Shown here: in pieces, positions 1 to 7,343 of the stretch
Position numbering within the stretch: the stretch's first letter is position 1
Layout of the letters: every line of letters starts with the position of its first letter
The notes under the pieces: model-generated
Told to the model about the DNA's origin: nothing
Database searches by the model: none
The model's input: the letters and a program-made list of their open reading frames with translations, nothing else
Source: an uncultured virus (IMG/VR IMGVR_UViG_3300029448_000002)
Lineage: Duplodnaviria > Heunggongvirae > Uroviricota > Caudoviricetes
IMG/VR virus record: IMGVR_UViG_3300029448_000002
Direction: 5' to 3' (one strand)
DNA: 64,000 nt
Translations under genes and position numbers: made by a program

Positions 1-324
1 CTGGTCCGTGATAAAGTCTGCGAAGTAATGGCTGATCGTGGAATTGCAAAATCTTCAAAGTTTCGTTATGCAAAAGGCAAAGAATATCAAACTTACCTTT
101 TTGCGAAACTGATGGAAGAATGTGCCGAAGTGATCGGTGCAAACACCAAAGAACAAACCACAGAAGAACTCGCGGATCTTCTGGAGGTCGTTGACGCGAT
201 TCGTGAAGAGTTTGAAATTTCTGTGATGGATGTCAAAGAAACGAAGATTCAAAAGAAATGTGAAAAAGGTGGTTTCTACGAGGGCTGCATTTTGGAAGGG
301 ATTAACTATGAGCGTGAAGGTTGA
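1..324 (+). CDS. MazG/HisE-like all-alpha nucleotide pyrophosphohydrolase (5'-truncated by the window)
   Basis: Frame is open from base 1 (LVRDKV..); contains KLMEECAEV and EELADLLEVV motifs. Confidence 0.75.
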   Translation: MVRDKVCEVMADRGIAKSSKFRYAKGKEYQTYLFAKLMEECAEVIGANTKEQTTEELADLLEVVDAIREEFEISVMDVKETKIQKKCEKGGFYEGCILEGINYEREG

Positions 325-703
325 TATGGGTATGGAGCGTTTCGTTTGTGCTGTTGGTTTCAAGGATCATACTTGGGGAACCTACAGCCAGAATGCGACC
401 ACGGACACAGAGGCACAAGGTCTGCTTCGCTCCCATTTTGATACGATGAAAGAGAATGGTGACGGGTGGAACGAGGACTCTGCTACCGTGGAGTTTATTA
501 AACTTCTTCGTGTTGAAAAGATTGAAGAAGAATACGAAGATGATGACTGGTTGTTCAGCAACAAGCCCACCAAGATTATGAAGGCGAAGCCCGTGAGCAA
601 CACGGACTACAACGACGATCTTGATGAGGATCTTGACAACATCCCGTTCTACGATATTGATCCCGAAGACGAAGATTTGGAAGATGACGTTCACAATGGA
701 TAA
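308..703 (+). CDS. hypothetical acidic protein
   Basis: ORF; ATG at 308 overlaps the upstream gene end. Confidence 0.6.
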   Translation: MSVKVDMGMERFVCAVGFKDHTWGTYSQNATTDTEAQGLLRSHFDTMKENGDGWNEDSATVEFIKLLRVEKIEEEYEDDDWLFSNKPTKIMKAKPVSNTDYNDDLDEDLDNIPFYDIDPEDEDLEDDVHNG

Positions 704-797
704 TTACGATACTGAATTTGCTTTACTATTGATATTCGTTTTGGGGTCTGTTGCTTTTATTAGTGCAATGTTTGACAAGGATAAAGATAATAAATGA
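696..797 (+). CDS. 33-aa single-TM microprotein
   Basis: Manual translation MDNYDTEFALLLIFVLGSVAFISAMFDKDKDNK; fills the gap and overlaps the next ATG (ATGA). Confidence 0.55.
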   Translation: MDNYDTEFALLLIFVLGSVAFISAMFDKDKDNK

Positions 798-1000
798 AAC
801 TCCACAAAGATTATTATGAAATTCGTTTCTCTTCGGATGAACTGCGTATGATTGACCAAGCACTTTCGCGGGGTCCGATTGACAAGGACAGTGAAGATGA
901 TTACAATCGTTTGCGTTGCTTGCTCGCCAAGCACGTTGAGGTGTCCGACGTTATGGACGGCACAATCCCTGAACCCAAGGTGGAGACTGAACTTCAATGA
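794..1000 (+). CDS. hypothetical protein
   Basis: ORF with ATGA coupling at both ends. Confidence 0.6.
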   Translation: MKLHKDYYEIRFSSDELRMIDQALSRGPIDKDSEDDYNRLRCLLAKHVEVSDVMDGTIPEPKVETELQ

Positions 1001-1293
1001 AACCCTCACAATGCACTGCCTCAGACCACATTGAAAATGTCCGAATGTTTGCGACGTACTTTCAATATGAAGATCCAAAAAGTGAAACATTTTTGCAAAA
1101 TGCTTTACTCGCTATTGAAGGTGCAAAGTATCTGGCAGCGAACTTTGATAAAATTCGTCCTTCAATGACGGAAGAAGAAGAAATTAAAATTGTCGATGCC
1201 GTCGATATCGCAGCCAAGCGTATGGAAACTTACAAGAGCGATCTTTTGAGTGAACTTGAGCAAGAGTTTGATGACGAAGATTGGAATAAATAA
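997..1293 (+). CDS. hypothetical protein
   Basis: ORF, translationally coupled. Confidence 0.6.
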   Translation: MKPSQCTASDHIENVRMFATYFQYEDPKSETFLQNALLAIEGAKYLAANFDKIRPSMTEEEEIKIVDAVDIAAKRMETYKSDLLSELEQEFDDEDWNK

Positions 1294-1318
1294 TAGACTG
1301 CGGTGCAGTTTTTAGGAG

Positions 1319-1621
1319 ATGAATATGGCGAAAAGAATTGATATTAATGATGCTGATTATCTTATGCTTCAACCAACTGGGGATCGTATCCTAGTGAAGC
1401 GTGATGCTGGCGAGGAAAAGACCGAAGCGGGTATTTGGTACGCAAAAGAACAAAACAAAAATACTGGTGTTGTTCTTGCGGTCGGTGATGATGAAAAATT
1501 TACCGAAGATAAAAGCCGAATCAAACCCGGAACTCGGATTTACTTTTTGGAAGAGGGATACGTTCCCATTGGTGATTTTTTGTTGATGAAGACCACATCG
1601 GTCCTTGGAGTTTTTAAATAA
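1319..1621 (+). CDS. groES: co-chaperonin GroES (Cpn10)
   Basis: QPTGDRILVKR..EEKTEAGI..GVVLAVG signature; AGGAG RBS. Confidence 0.9.
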   Translation: MNMAKRIDINDADYLMLQPTGDRILVKRDAGEEKTEAGIWYAKEQNKNTGVVLAVGDDEKFTEDKSRIKPGTRIYFLEEGYVPIGDFLLMKTTSVLGVFK

Positions 1622-2085
1622 TGAAATTTGTTACAATGCTTTCCTCCCTTTTCCTTGCCTCCACAATGGCATCGGCGGTTGGATCACTTGTCTCTGTGAC
1701 CGCTATTGCAGAAAAGGAGTATACTCTTGATGAAACACTTGCTGCTATTCGTATGGTTGAGTCTGGCGACGATCCTTCCGCTGTTGGCGATGGCGGTCGT
1801 GCTATTGGATGTTATCAGGTCTGGGAAAGTTACTGGAAAGACGCTGTGGAGTTTTCTGGTTTGGGCGGGAACTATCGTGACTGTTATAAACGTGATTACG
1901 CTGATCGTGTGGTCCGTGAGTATATGAAGCGATACTGCACCGAGAAGCGTCTTGGACGCGAGCCAACGTGGGAGGACATCGCTCGTATGCACAACGGCGG
2001 ACCACGGGCTGTGTGGGCAACCGGCAAGAAGAAAGAAAATCTTGATCGTTATGTTGCAAAAGTAAAAGCACAACTTGAAAAATGA
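1621..2085 (+). CDS. secreted i-type (destabilase-like) lysozyme / candidate endolysin
   Basis: Hydrophobic N-terminus; AIRMVES, GCYQVWESYWKDA, ARMHNGGP motifs. Confidence 0.75.
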   Translation: MKFVTMLSSLFLASTMASAVGSLVSVTAIAEKEYTLDETLAAIRMVESGDDPSAVGDGGRAIGCYQVWESYWKDAVEFSGLGGNYRDCYKRDYADRVVREYMKRYCTEKRLGREPTWEDIARMHNGGPRAVWATGKKKENLDRYVAKVKAQLEK

Positions 2086-2148
2086 TTCTTTCGCTTTTAC
2101 TTTGGAATCGCCTGATGGTCGCAACTGACTGTCCGAAGATTGCCATCT

Positions 2149-2220
2149 GCCAACGTAGCACAACGGTAGTGCAGTTCACTTGTAATGAACAGGTTGCTGG
2201 TTCAAATCCAGTCGTTGGCT
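2149..2220 (+). tRNA. trnT: tRNA-Thr(UGU)
   Basis: Cloverleaf; anticodon arm GTTCA-CT-TGT-AA-TGAAC; T-loop TTCAAAT; no encoded CCA. Confidence 0.95.
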
Positions 2221-2224
2221 TTCT

Positions 2225-2746
2225 ATGAACCGTTATCCGGTAGACATTCCAGAAAACAAGATCGGAGACTACGAAGTAGTCCGTACGGGAGACACCACAC
2301 ATCTTAAAATGTGTGGTCGATCCATTATGTCAGATAGGGAACAAGAGTATCACGAACACCAACACTTCTTACCATATGCACACGGACACATTCTGTCTGC
2401 TGGTCTTGGTCTGGGAATGATTCATTCCCCGCTGATGCAAAATGAAAATTTTAAAAGTATCACAATCGTCGAACACAGCCAAGAGGTGATCGATCTTGTG
2501 TGGGATCACTGCCCCAAAGATGAAAGATTTAAAATTGTGCTGGCAGATATTTACGAATATGAACCAACACAAAAATTTGATATTGGGTGGTTTGATTCTT
2601 GGGTCGGAATTGATCCGAACAATCAAAGAGCCAAAAATACACCCCATTATTCAGAAATCTATGAATGGGATATGAAAGAAAAATTTGCAAAGTATTGCAC
2701 AAGACTTTACTTTTGGCGTTCAGCAGAAACAGTTGACAAATCATAA
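2225..2746 (+). CDS. class I SAM-dependent methyltransferase / spermidine synthase-like
   Basis: GLGLG SAM-binding motif, TIVEHSQEVIDLV, FDIGWFDSW. Confidence 0.7.
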   Translation: MNRYPVDIPENKIGDYEVVRTGDTTHLKMCGRSIMSDREQEYHEHQHFLPYAHGHILSAGLGLGMIHSPLMQNENFKSITIVEHSQEVIDLVWDHCPKDERFKIVLADIYEYEPTQKFDIGWFDSWVGIDPNNQRAKNTPHYSEIYEWDMKEKFAKYCTRLYFWRSAETVDKS

Positions 2747-2749
2747 ATA
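2742..2749 (+). promoter_or_regulatory. T4-like late promoter (CATAAATA)
   Basis: Matches the TATAAATA family; just upstream of ATG 2764. Confidence 0.6.
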
Positions 2750-2763
2750 CATTTGGTGAAACT

Positions 2764-3342
2764 ATGAAATTACCCAGAAAAGAATTAAATGAATCTAGCC
2801 TGTCCAGAATTTTATCTCACGTTGAGGGCGACCGCTCCTTCGGAGTCATCTCTGCGTTTCGCGGTGGTCTGTCCAAACAAGAAAATATGGAAAGACACTC
2901 AGAATTAAAAGATAAAATTAGAAAAATGGGCTACGGATTTATTGAAATGCGTGGAGGCTACAAGGAAGAGGATGGAGGCTTCGTAAACGAGTTGTCTCTC
3001 TTCATTCCCGGTGTCGATAAGAAAGAAATCATCCGGCTCGGAAATGACTATGATCAAGATTCTGTAATTTATAAAGATAAAGAATCCTTTACACTTCTTG
3101 GCACAAATTCTGCAACAGGTCGCGGGAAGGTTTTGATGAACTTCAAGGGCGGCGGACCACGAGATTCGGTTACTCTTGCGAAAGATGCAATTAAAGATTT
3201 CTTTTCATCTTTGGTAAAAGGTTCACAAAGAGGCAAAAAGTTTCTTTTTCAAACCGAAGATTTTATTCTTGAAGAGCGTGAGATTCTTGGTTTTAACGAA
3301 GTTGCTTATCTTAAAAAAACACCTCGTTGGTTTAGAATTTAA
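2764..3342 (+). CDS. conserved T4-like hypothetical protein
   Basis: NESSLSR start, ISAFRG..EN..R, GYGF..GGY, YDQDSV motifs recalled from marine myophages. Confidence 0.7.
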   Translation: MKLPRKELNESSLSRILSHVEGDRSFGVISAFRGGLSKQENMERHSELKDKIRKMGYGFIEMRGGYKEEDGGFVNELSLFIPGVDKKEIIRLGNDYDQDSVIYKDKESFTLLGTNSATGRGKVLMNFKGGGPRDSVTLAKDAIKDFFSSLVKGSQRGKKFLFQTEDFILEEREILGFNEVAYLKKTPRWFRI

Positions 3343-3379
3343 CCGCGAAAAGAATCTTTTCCGGATTCTTGATTTGGGG

Positions 3380-3407
3380 TTGACAGCACACCAACAACCG
3401 CTACAAT
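3380..3407 (+). promoter_or_regulatory. sigma70-like early promoter TTGACA-N16-TACAAT
   Basis: Intergenic consensus hexamers. Confidence 0.7.
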
Positions 3408-3486
3408 GAATACATCAACGGGAAGACGACTGACGGCAGAGTCCTCTTCCTTCTCACTTGAAACTGCCGCTACTTTGGAGTTTATT

Positions 3487-3750
3487 ATGAACAACAGCAA
3501 GACCCGTCAAATCATTTCTTTCCTTGGCTCGGGCAAGGATCTCACCACTTCGCAAATTCAACGACAGTTTGGTATCTCCAACGTGTCGGCTACTATGTCC
3601 CGCGTTCGTGGCATCGTGGAGAACTACGGCAACTGGCGTATGCTCTCTTCGTCCTTGAAGAACGGCAACGGTCAACGATACGCTATGAAGCGTGTTGTTC
3701 TCGCCAACCCAATGGTCGATGTTGACCAAGTTGAAGATGCACTCGCATAA
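3487..3750 (+). CDS. small winged-HTH-like nucleic-acid-binding protein
   Basis: GKDLTTSQIQRQFGISNVSATMSRVR helix-turn-helix pattern; GGAG RBS before ATG 3487. Confidence 0.6.
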   Translation: MNNSKTRQIISFLGSGKDLTTSQIQRQFGISNVSATMSRVRGIVENYGNWRMLSSSLKNGNGQRYAMKRVVLANPMVDVDQVEDALA

Positions 3751-3760
3751 TCAAAGGTAA

Positions 3761-3873
3761 GTGTCAACACTTCCAAACGTCTTCGGACATCCACTCGTGG
3801 AATGTAAGAAGTTTGTTTGACACAGGCAAGCCACACTGGAAACGGTGTGGCTTTGTCTTTCCGAAAGGAGACA
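3761..3873 (+). ncRNA. candidate structured intergenic RNA / terminator-like hairpin
   Basis: Nested stems plus C(UUCG)G and two GAAA-tetraloop hairpins. Confidence 0.45.
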
Positions 3874-3880
3874 ATTTAAT

Positions 3881-4033
3881 ATGGCTGGAAAAGGTGATAG
3901 TTATCGTCCCGTTGACAAAAAGAAATGGGAATCAAATTGGGATCTTGCTTTTGGCAAGAAGAAAGGAAACAAGAATGGATCAGGTTCAAATCGTAAGACT
4001 GGTGAGCGGCGAAGAAGTCCTCGCAAAGATTGA
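3881..4033 (+). CDS. small basic hypothetical protein
   Basis: MAGKGDSYRPVDKKKWESNWDLAFGKK; AAAGGAG RBS. Confidence 0.6.
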   Translation: MAGKGDSYRPVDKKKWESNWDLAFGKKKGNKNGSGSNRKTGERRRSPRKD

Positions 4034-4295
4034 AAACATTGGTGAGGCAACAAAATTCAACAAGCCTCATTTGATTATTCCGACACAAGGTAAAGGAATT
4101 GCTCTGATGCCTTGGTGTCCGTATTCAAATATTCAAGAAGAGGGAGTGGTGGTTCCAACAGAAAAAATTATGTTCATTACCACGCCCGCGACTGAATTGG
4201 AAAACGAATACACACGAATGGTCACAGGCGTAGAGATTCCAACCACTGGTGAAGTCGCTGGTGTTATTGGCTCGCAACTTTTGACGGAGGATTGA
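3975..4295 (+). CDS. T4-like conserved Sm-fold-like protein
   Basis: IVRLVSGEEVLAKI..LMPW pattern. Confidence 0.65.
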   Translation: MDQVQIVRLVSGEEVLAKIENIGEATKFNKPHLIIPTQGKGIALMPWCPYSNIQEEGVVVPTEKIMFITTPATELENEYTRMVTGVEIPTTGEVAGVIGSQLLTED

Positions 4296-4296
4296 T

Positions 4297-4443
4297 ATGG
4301 CACGAGCAGCACTCGCAACAGGATTGAAAAGTGGTATTACTTCAATTGGTAAACCACGAAGACCCGGAAAGAAGAAGGCTTGGAAGATTAGTGGAAAAGC
4401 CAAAACCTCTCGCTCTGGCAACGGTAAAAAGTTGAGATTCTAA
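4297..4443 (+). CDS. 48-aa highly basic microprotein
   Basis: Manual translation MARAALATGLKSGITSIGKPRRPGKKKAWKISGKAKTSRSGNGKKLRF; GGAGG RBS. Confidence 0.6.
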   Translation: MARAALATGLKSGITSIGKPRRPGKKKAWKISGKAKTSRSGNGKKLRF

Positions 4444-4448
4444 AATTA

Positions 4449-4522
4449 GGTCGCGTAGCATAATTGGACAATGCAACGGACTTCTAATCCGTAGATTGCA
4501 GGTTCGAGTCCTGCCGCGACTG
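4449..4522 (+). tRNA. trnR: tRNA-Arg(UCU)
   Basis: Anticodon arm ACGGA-CT-TCT-AA-TCCGT; GGTTCGAGTCC T-arm. Confidence 0.95.
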
Positions 4523-4526
4523 TTTG

Positions 4527-4599
4527 GATCTCGTAACTCAGTTGGTAGAGTACCGGACTTTTAATCCGAGAGTCGTGAGTTCAAGTCTCACCGAGATCA
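4527..4599 (+). tRNA. trnK: tRNA-Lys(UUU)
   Basis: Acceptor GATCTCG/CGAGATC; anticodon loop CT-TTT-AA. Confidence 0.93.
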
Positions 4600-4634
4600 T
4601 TCCTTCGGAGGGCAATTTTTAAAAGGAGAATATT

Positions 4635-4793
4635 ATGAATAAAATTGCAAAAATTTGTTTTGGTTTAGGCTTCGCATCAATCGCATTTTCCGCGTATGTG
4701 TATCAAGCCTCTGGAATCGCCGACGCAACATATGTCGGTCTTTGGGTTCCATCGTTCTTTCTTGTCGGCGACTTCTTTGATCGTCACGCATAA
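4635..4793 (+). CDS. 52-aa two-TM membrane microprotein
   Basis: Manual translation MNKIAKICFGLGFASIAFSAYVYQASGIADATYVGLWVPSFFLVGDFFDRHA; AAGGAG RBS. Confidence 0.7.
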   Translation: MNKIAKICFGLGFASIAFSAYVYQASGIADATYVGLWVPSFFLVGDFFDRHA

Positions 4794-4799
4794 GAAACC

Positions 4800-4872
4800 G
4801 GGATCGTAGCCCAATGGCAGAGGCAGTGGACTTAAAATCCATCCAGTGCGGGTTCAAGTCCCGCCGATCCTA
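4800..4872 (+). tRNA. trnL: tRNA-Leu(UAA), short variable loop
   Basis: Acceptor GGGATCG/CGATCCT, discriminator A; anticodon arm GTGGA-CT-TAA-AA-TCCAT. Confidence 0.9.
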
Positions 4873-4887
4873 TTAGGAGAATAAATA

Positions 4888-5061
4888 ATGCCAAACAGTA
4901 GACAAAAACTTGCAAAGTCAAAGCAGCGAAAGCGTCTTGCTCGACAGCGATCGCAGCGTCGTGAAGAACTTGCAAATGCAAAGATTAAAACAATCAATAC
5001 TTTATACAAGGAAGGATCACTTCCAAAAGAATTACACGAAAGGGTGACGGTTAAAAAATGA
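4888..5061 (+). CDS. 57-aa basic hypothetical protein
   Basis: Manual translation MPNSRQKLAKSKQRKRLARQ..; AGGAG RBS; ATGA overlap with the next gene. Confidence 0.65.
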   Translation: MPNSRQKLAKSKQRKRLARQRSQRREELANAKIKTINTLYKEGSLPKELHERVTVKK

Positions 5062-5345
5062 AGGTTGAAAATAAAAATGCTCATCGGGCAGCAGATAAAC
5101 ATTACTTTTTTGCGACACACGTTCGGGATGGGGACGGAAGCGGTGATGATGTCGTGATGCTTCTTCTCACCGACAAAGAACTTGAGCGTGCTGCCAAGCG
5201 GGCTACAAAGAACAAAGAAGATTTGCCAAAACATTTTGCAATCATTCAAGGTAAAAATGAAGATGAAACTATTCTTCTGGATGATACAGATGTTGCAGAA
5301 CCAAAGAAGACCACTGGTTTCTTCGGCTGGTTGATGGGTGACTGA
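5058..5345 (+). CDS. hypothetical protein
   Basis: ORF; LLLTDKELERAAKRA motif resembles the next gene. Confidence 0.6.
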   Translation: MKVENKNAHRAADKHYFFATHVRDGDGSGDDVVMLLLTDKELERAAKRATKNKEDLPKHFAIIQGKNEDETILLDDTDVAEPKKTTGFFGWLMGD

Positions 5346-5532
5346 AATGTATATCGTAGAACATATCGATAATAATGGTGTCAAACGAAAACTTCTTTTG
5401 AGCGATGCCGAATATCAAGAAAGTCTTCGCCGCGCACAAGAGAATCCCGGCGATCTAAAACCACAAAAACTTCGTGAGGTCACTGGAGAGAAAAACCTTA
5501 ACGAACCAAAGCGAGATCAACTCAATGGCTGA
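5338..5532 (+). CDS. hypothetical protein
   Basis: ORF; LLLSDAEYQESLRRA motif. Confidence 0.55.
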   Translation: MTEMYIVEHIDNNGVKRKLLLSDAEYQESLRRAQENPGDLKPQKLREVTGEKNLNEPKRDQLNG

Positions 5533-5761
5533 AAGTTATAAATGGCAAGCAGATGTGACCGTCACTTTAAACTATCACGATGAACGTGAAGAAAAGTTTG
5601 TCAAAGAAGTTCGTGAGTGGTGGTCGTGTTCATCAGACGAAGACGCAGCGTGGATGGAGTTTGTCGAAAGCACCGACAACGAAGTTTTGGATGAAAATGT
5701 TTCCGACGAACAATGGGAATACGATAATATTAAACTTCTGGAGGTAGCCAACGATGGCTAA
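5525..5761 (+). CDS. hypothetical acidic protein
   Basis: ORF, overlapping start. Confidence 0.55.
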   Translation: MAESYKWQADVTVTLNYHDEREEKFVKEVREWWSCSSDEDAAWMEFVESTDNEVLDENVSDEQWEYDNIKLLEVANDG

Positions 5762-5939
5762 ACGTCAATTTGATATTTTTGATTTAGAGGCGGAGCGTGA
5801 AGGCTCGGCAGTAAAACGACATACGGTCTTGCGTTCTGCGTGGGGAAAGGGTACAATCAAGTCTCGCCGTGGTCGTAAGGATGCCGAAGCAGCCATTGAA
5901 CGTCGCACAGTGAAAGGTCACTATACAAGGAGCGTATGA
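5754..5939 (+). CDS. hypothetical basic protein
   Basis: ORF with GGAGG RBS. Confidence 0.55.
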   Translation: MAKRQFDIFDLEAEREGSAVKRHTVLRSAWGKGTIKSRRGRKDAEAAIERRTVKGHYTRSV

Positions 5940-6157
5940 TGGGTAAATATCAAGCACTTGGTTGGGGTCTTGCCTTTGCTGCATTTTTACTTTGGATGCT
6001 CGCAATCTATATGCCCCGAGACTTTGTTGATGTGAGCGAGTATGCAAACAATATCATCTGGCTCGGAAACGGAGTCGGACTTGGTTGGGTTATTTGGTTT
6101 TATGTTTTGATTACTCATAAACTCAAAAAATACTTTAGAACAATGGAGGATGATTAA
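5936..6157 (+). CDS. small two-TM membrane protein
   Basis: Two hydrophobic segments; AGGAG RBS. Confidence 0.6.
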   Translation: MMGKYQALGWGLAFAAFLLWMLAIYMPRDFVDVSEYANNIIWLGNGVGLGWVIWFYVLITHKLKKYFRTMEDD

Positions 6158-6252
6158 TGGGAATGTTAATTTTTGCACTCGGAGGTTTCACGGTCGGCTT
6201 GATCTGTGGGATCTGCATTGGTTCTGGTTTCATTGACGATTACTGGAAGTAA
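6157..6252 (+). CDS. 31-aa single-TM microprotein
   Basis: MGMLIFALGGFTVGLICGICIGSGFIDDYWK; GGAGG RBS; TAATG coupling. Confidence 0.55.
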   Translation: MGMLIFALGGFTVGLICGICIGSGFIDDYWK

Positions 6253-6254
6253 AG

Positions 6255-6353
6255 ATGAACATATTAGAATTTTTCGGTTATGTTTTCGCACCCTTTTTGT
6301 GCTTGACATTGGCGACCACCTTTGTAGTATGGTATGTGAAGGATAACTCATAA
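6255..6353 (+). CDS. 32-aa single-TM microprotein
   Basis: MNILEFFGYVFAPFLCLTLATTFVVWYVKDNS; TAATG coupling to the next gene. Confidence 0.5.
   Translation: MNILEFFGYVFAPFLCLTLATTFVVWYVKDNS
6303..6330 (+). promoter_or_regulatory. sigma70-like promoter TTGACA-N16-TAGTAT
   Basis: Hexamers just upstream of the zinc-finger gene. Confidence 0.5.
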
Positions 6354-6562
6354 TGAAATGTATTGATTGTGGTGCAAACATTCCCGCTGCTCGTCTTGAG
6401 GCTGCTCCCGGCACTCACCATTGTGTGAAGTGTGTGGACAAGCACATTCCTGAGCGTAAGGGTTATATGATTTACGGTCACAAGACCGCAGGTGAAATCG
6501 TGATGGCAACAGGCGAAGAGAACATCCGCCGTCTTGAGCGTGAATATTTTAGGAGTCGATGA
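6353..6562 (+). CDS. DksA/TraR-type C4 zinc-finger protein
   Basis: CIDCGANIPAARLEAAPGTHHCVKC. Confidence 0.85.
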   Translation: MKCIDCGANIPAARLEAAPGTHHCVKCVDKHIPERKGYMIYGHKTAGEIVMATGEENIRRLEREYFRSR

Positions 6563-7059
6563 TGTCCCCCGAAGAAAAATATCGTTTACTTTATGAAGGA
6601 ATGTATGAACTTTGCAGTCAGCAAGGTTGGGGTGATCCCTTTTCATACGCTAGATCGAGAGAGATTTATATGGCAGGTCTTCTTGGACATACGATTGCCG
6701 AATCATATTCAGGTGAGGATGCAAAAGATCAAGACGGTGGTGCAGAATACAAATCTACAATCGGCAAGAACATTAGCGGAACATACAATGGCATCAGTGT
6801 TCAAGAAAATTGGGAAGAGCAAGAGCGTTATCTTAAAGAAGACAAGATTGGAAAGTATCCAAATCATTACTTTGCCCGGTACGATGGTTCAAAGATTGTC
6901 GAAGTTTGGAAATTAAATTGTGAAGATGTTCTTTCAATTATTCTTCCAAAAGTCAAGAAGCAGTTTGAGAAGAATCAAACCACTACCAAGAAAGATCCTC
7001 GTCTTGGAGCAACCATTTCAAAGAAAGAGATTCAGTCTCACGGAACTAGGATTTTCTGA
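6559..7059 (+). CDS. PD-(D/E)xK nuclease, type II restriction-endonuclease-like
   Basis: GEDAKDQDGGAEYKST resembles the PvuII-type D...ExK catalytic motif. Confidence 0.5.
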   Translation: MMSPEEKYRLLYEGMYELCSQQGWGDPFSYARSREIYMAGLLGHTIAESYSGEDAKDQDGGAEYKSTIGKNISGTYNGISVQENWEEQERYLKEDKIGKYPNHYFARYDGSKIVEVWKLNCEDVLSIILPKVKKQFEKNQTTTKKDPRLGATISKKEIQSHGTRIF

Positions 7060-7283
7060 TGGCATACGGAATCTGGTGTAATAAACTTGACAAGTGGATG
7101 ATCGATGGTTACGATTCAAAAAACCAGCCGATCTATTCTTTGTTCAAACTGCGAAGAGAGGCTGCTTCCGAATGTGATATTTTGAATCGAGATTGGTACA
7201 GGTCTTCAAAAGGAATGAAATTTAGATTGGTCGAAGACTATGTGCCAAAGACTTTTCGCAAGGCACGAAAGAAGACTAAATAA
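7059..7283 (+). CDS. hypothetical protein
   Basis: ORF, TGATG coupling. Confidence 0.6.
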   Translation: MAYGIWCNKLDKWMIDGYDSKNQPIYSLFKLRREAASECDILNRDWYRSSKGMKFRLVEDYVPKTFRKARKKTK

Positions 7284-7287
7284 TACG

Positions 7288-7343
7288 GAGTTGCCTAAGT
7301 TGGGACTCTAAGATTACTCGCTTACATAAGGAGAAAAAATATG
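7288..7343 (+). promoter_or_regulatory. ROSE-like RNA thermometer leader of hsp20 (late promoter ACTAAATA at 7275-7282)
   Basis: CTCGCTT (7317-7323) pairs with SD AAGGAG (7328-7333) with a bulged G; upstream hairpin. Confidence 0.6.

Noticed and set aside
2086..2148. Possible extra ncRNA or tRNA remnant before tRNA-Thr
   Set aside because: Only weak pairing and no T-loop or anticodon arm recognisable
4633..5384. Minus-strand ORFs 4633..4857 and 4854..5384
   Set aside because: Antisense to tRNA-Leu and to plus-strand ORFs with a clear RBS; treated as shadow ORFs
7087..7115. TTGACA-N17-TACGAT promoter-like match
   Set aside because: Inside a coding region, weak -10, far from the next start; cannot be supported
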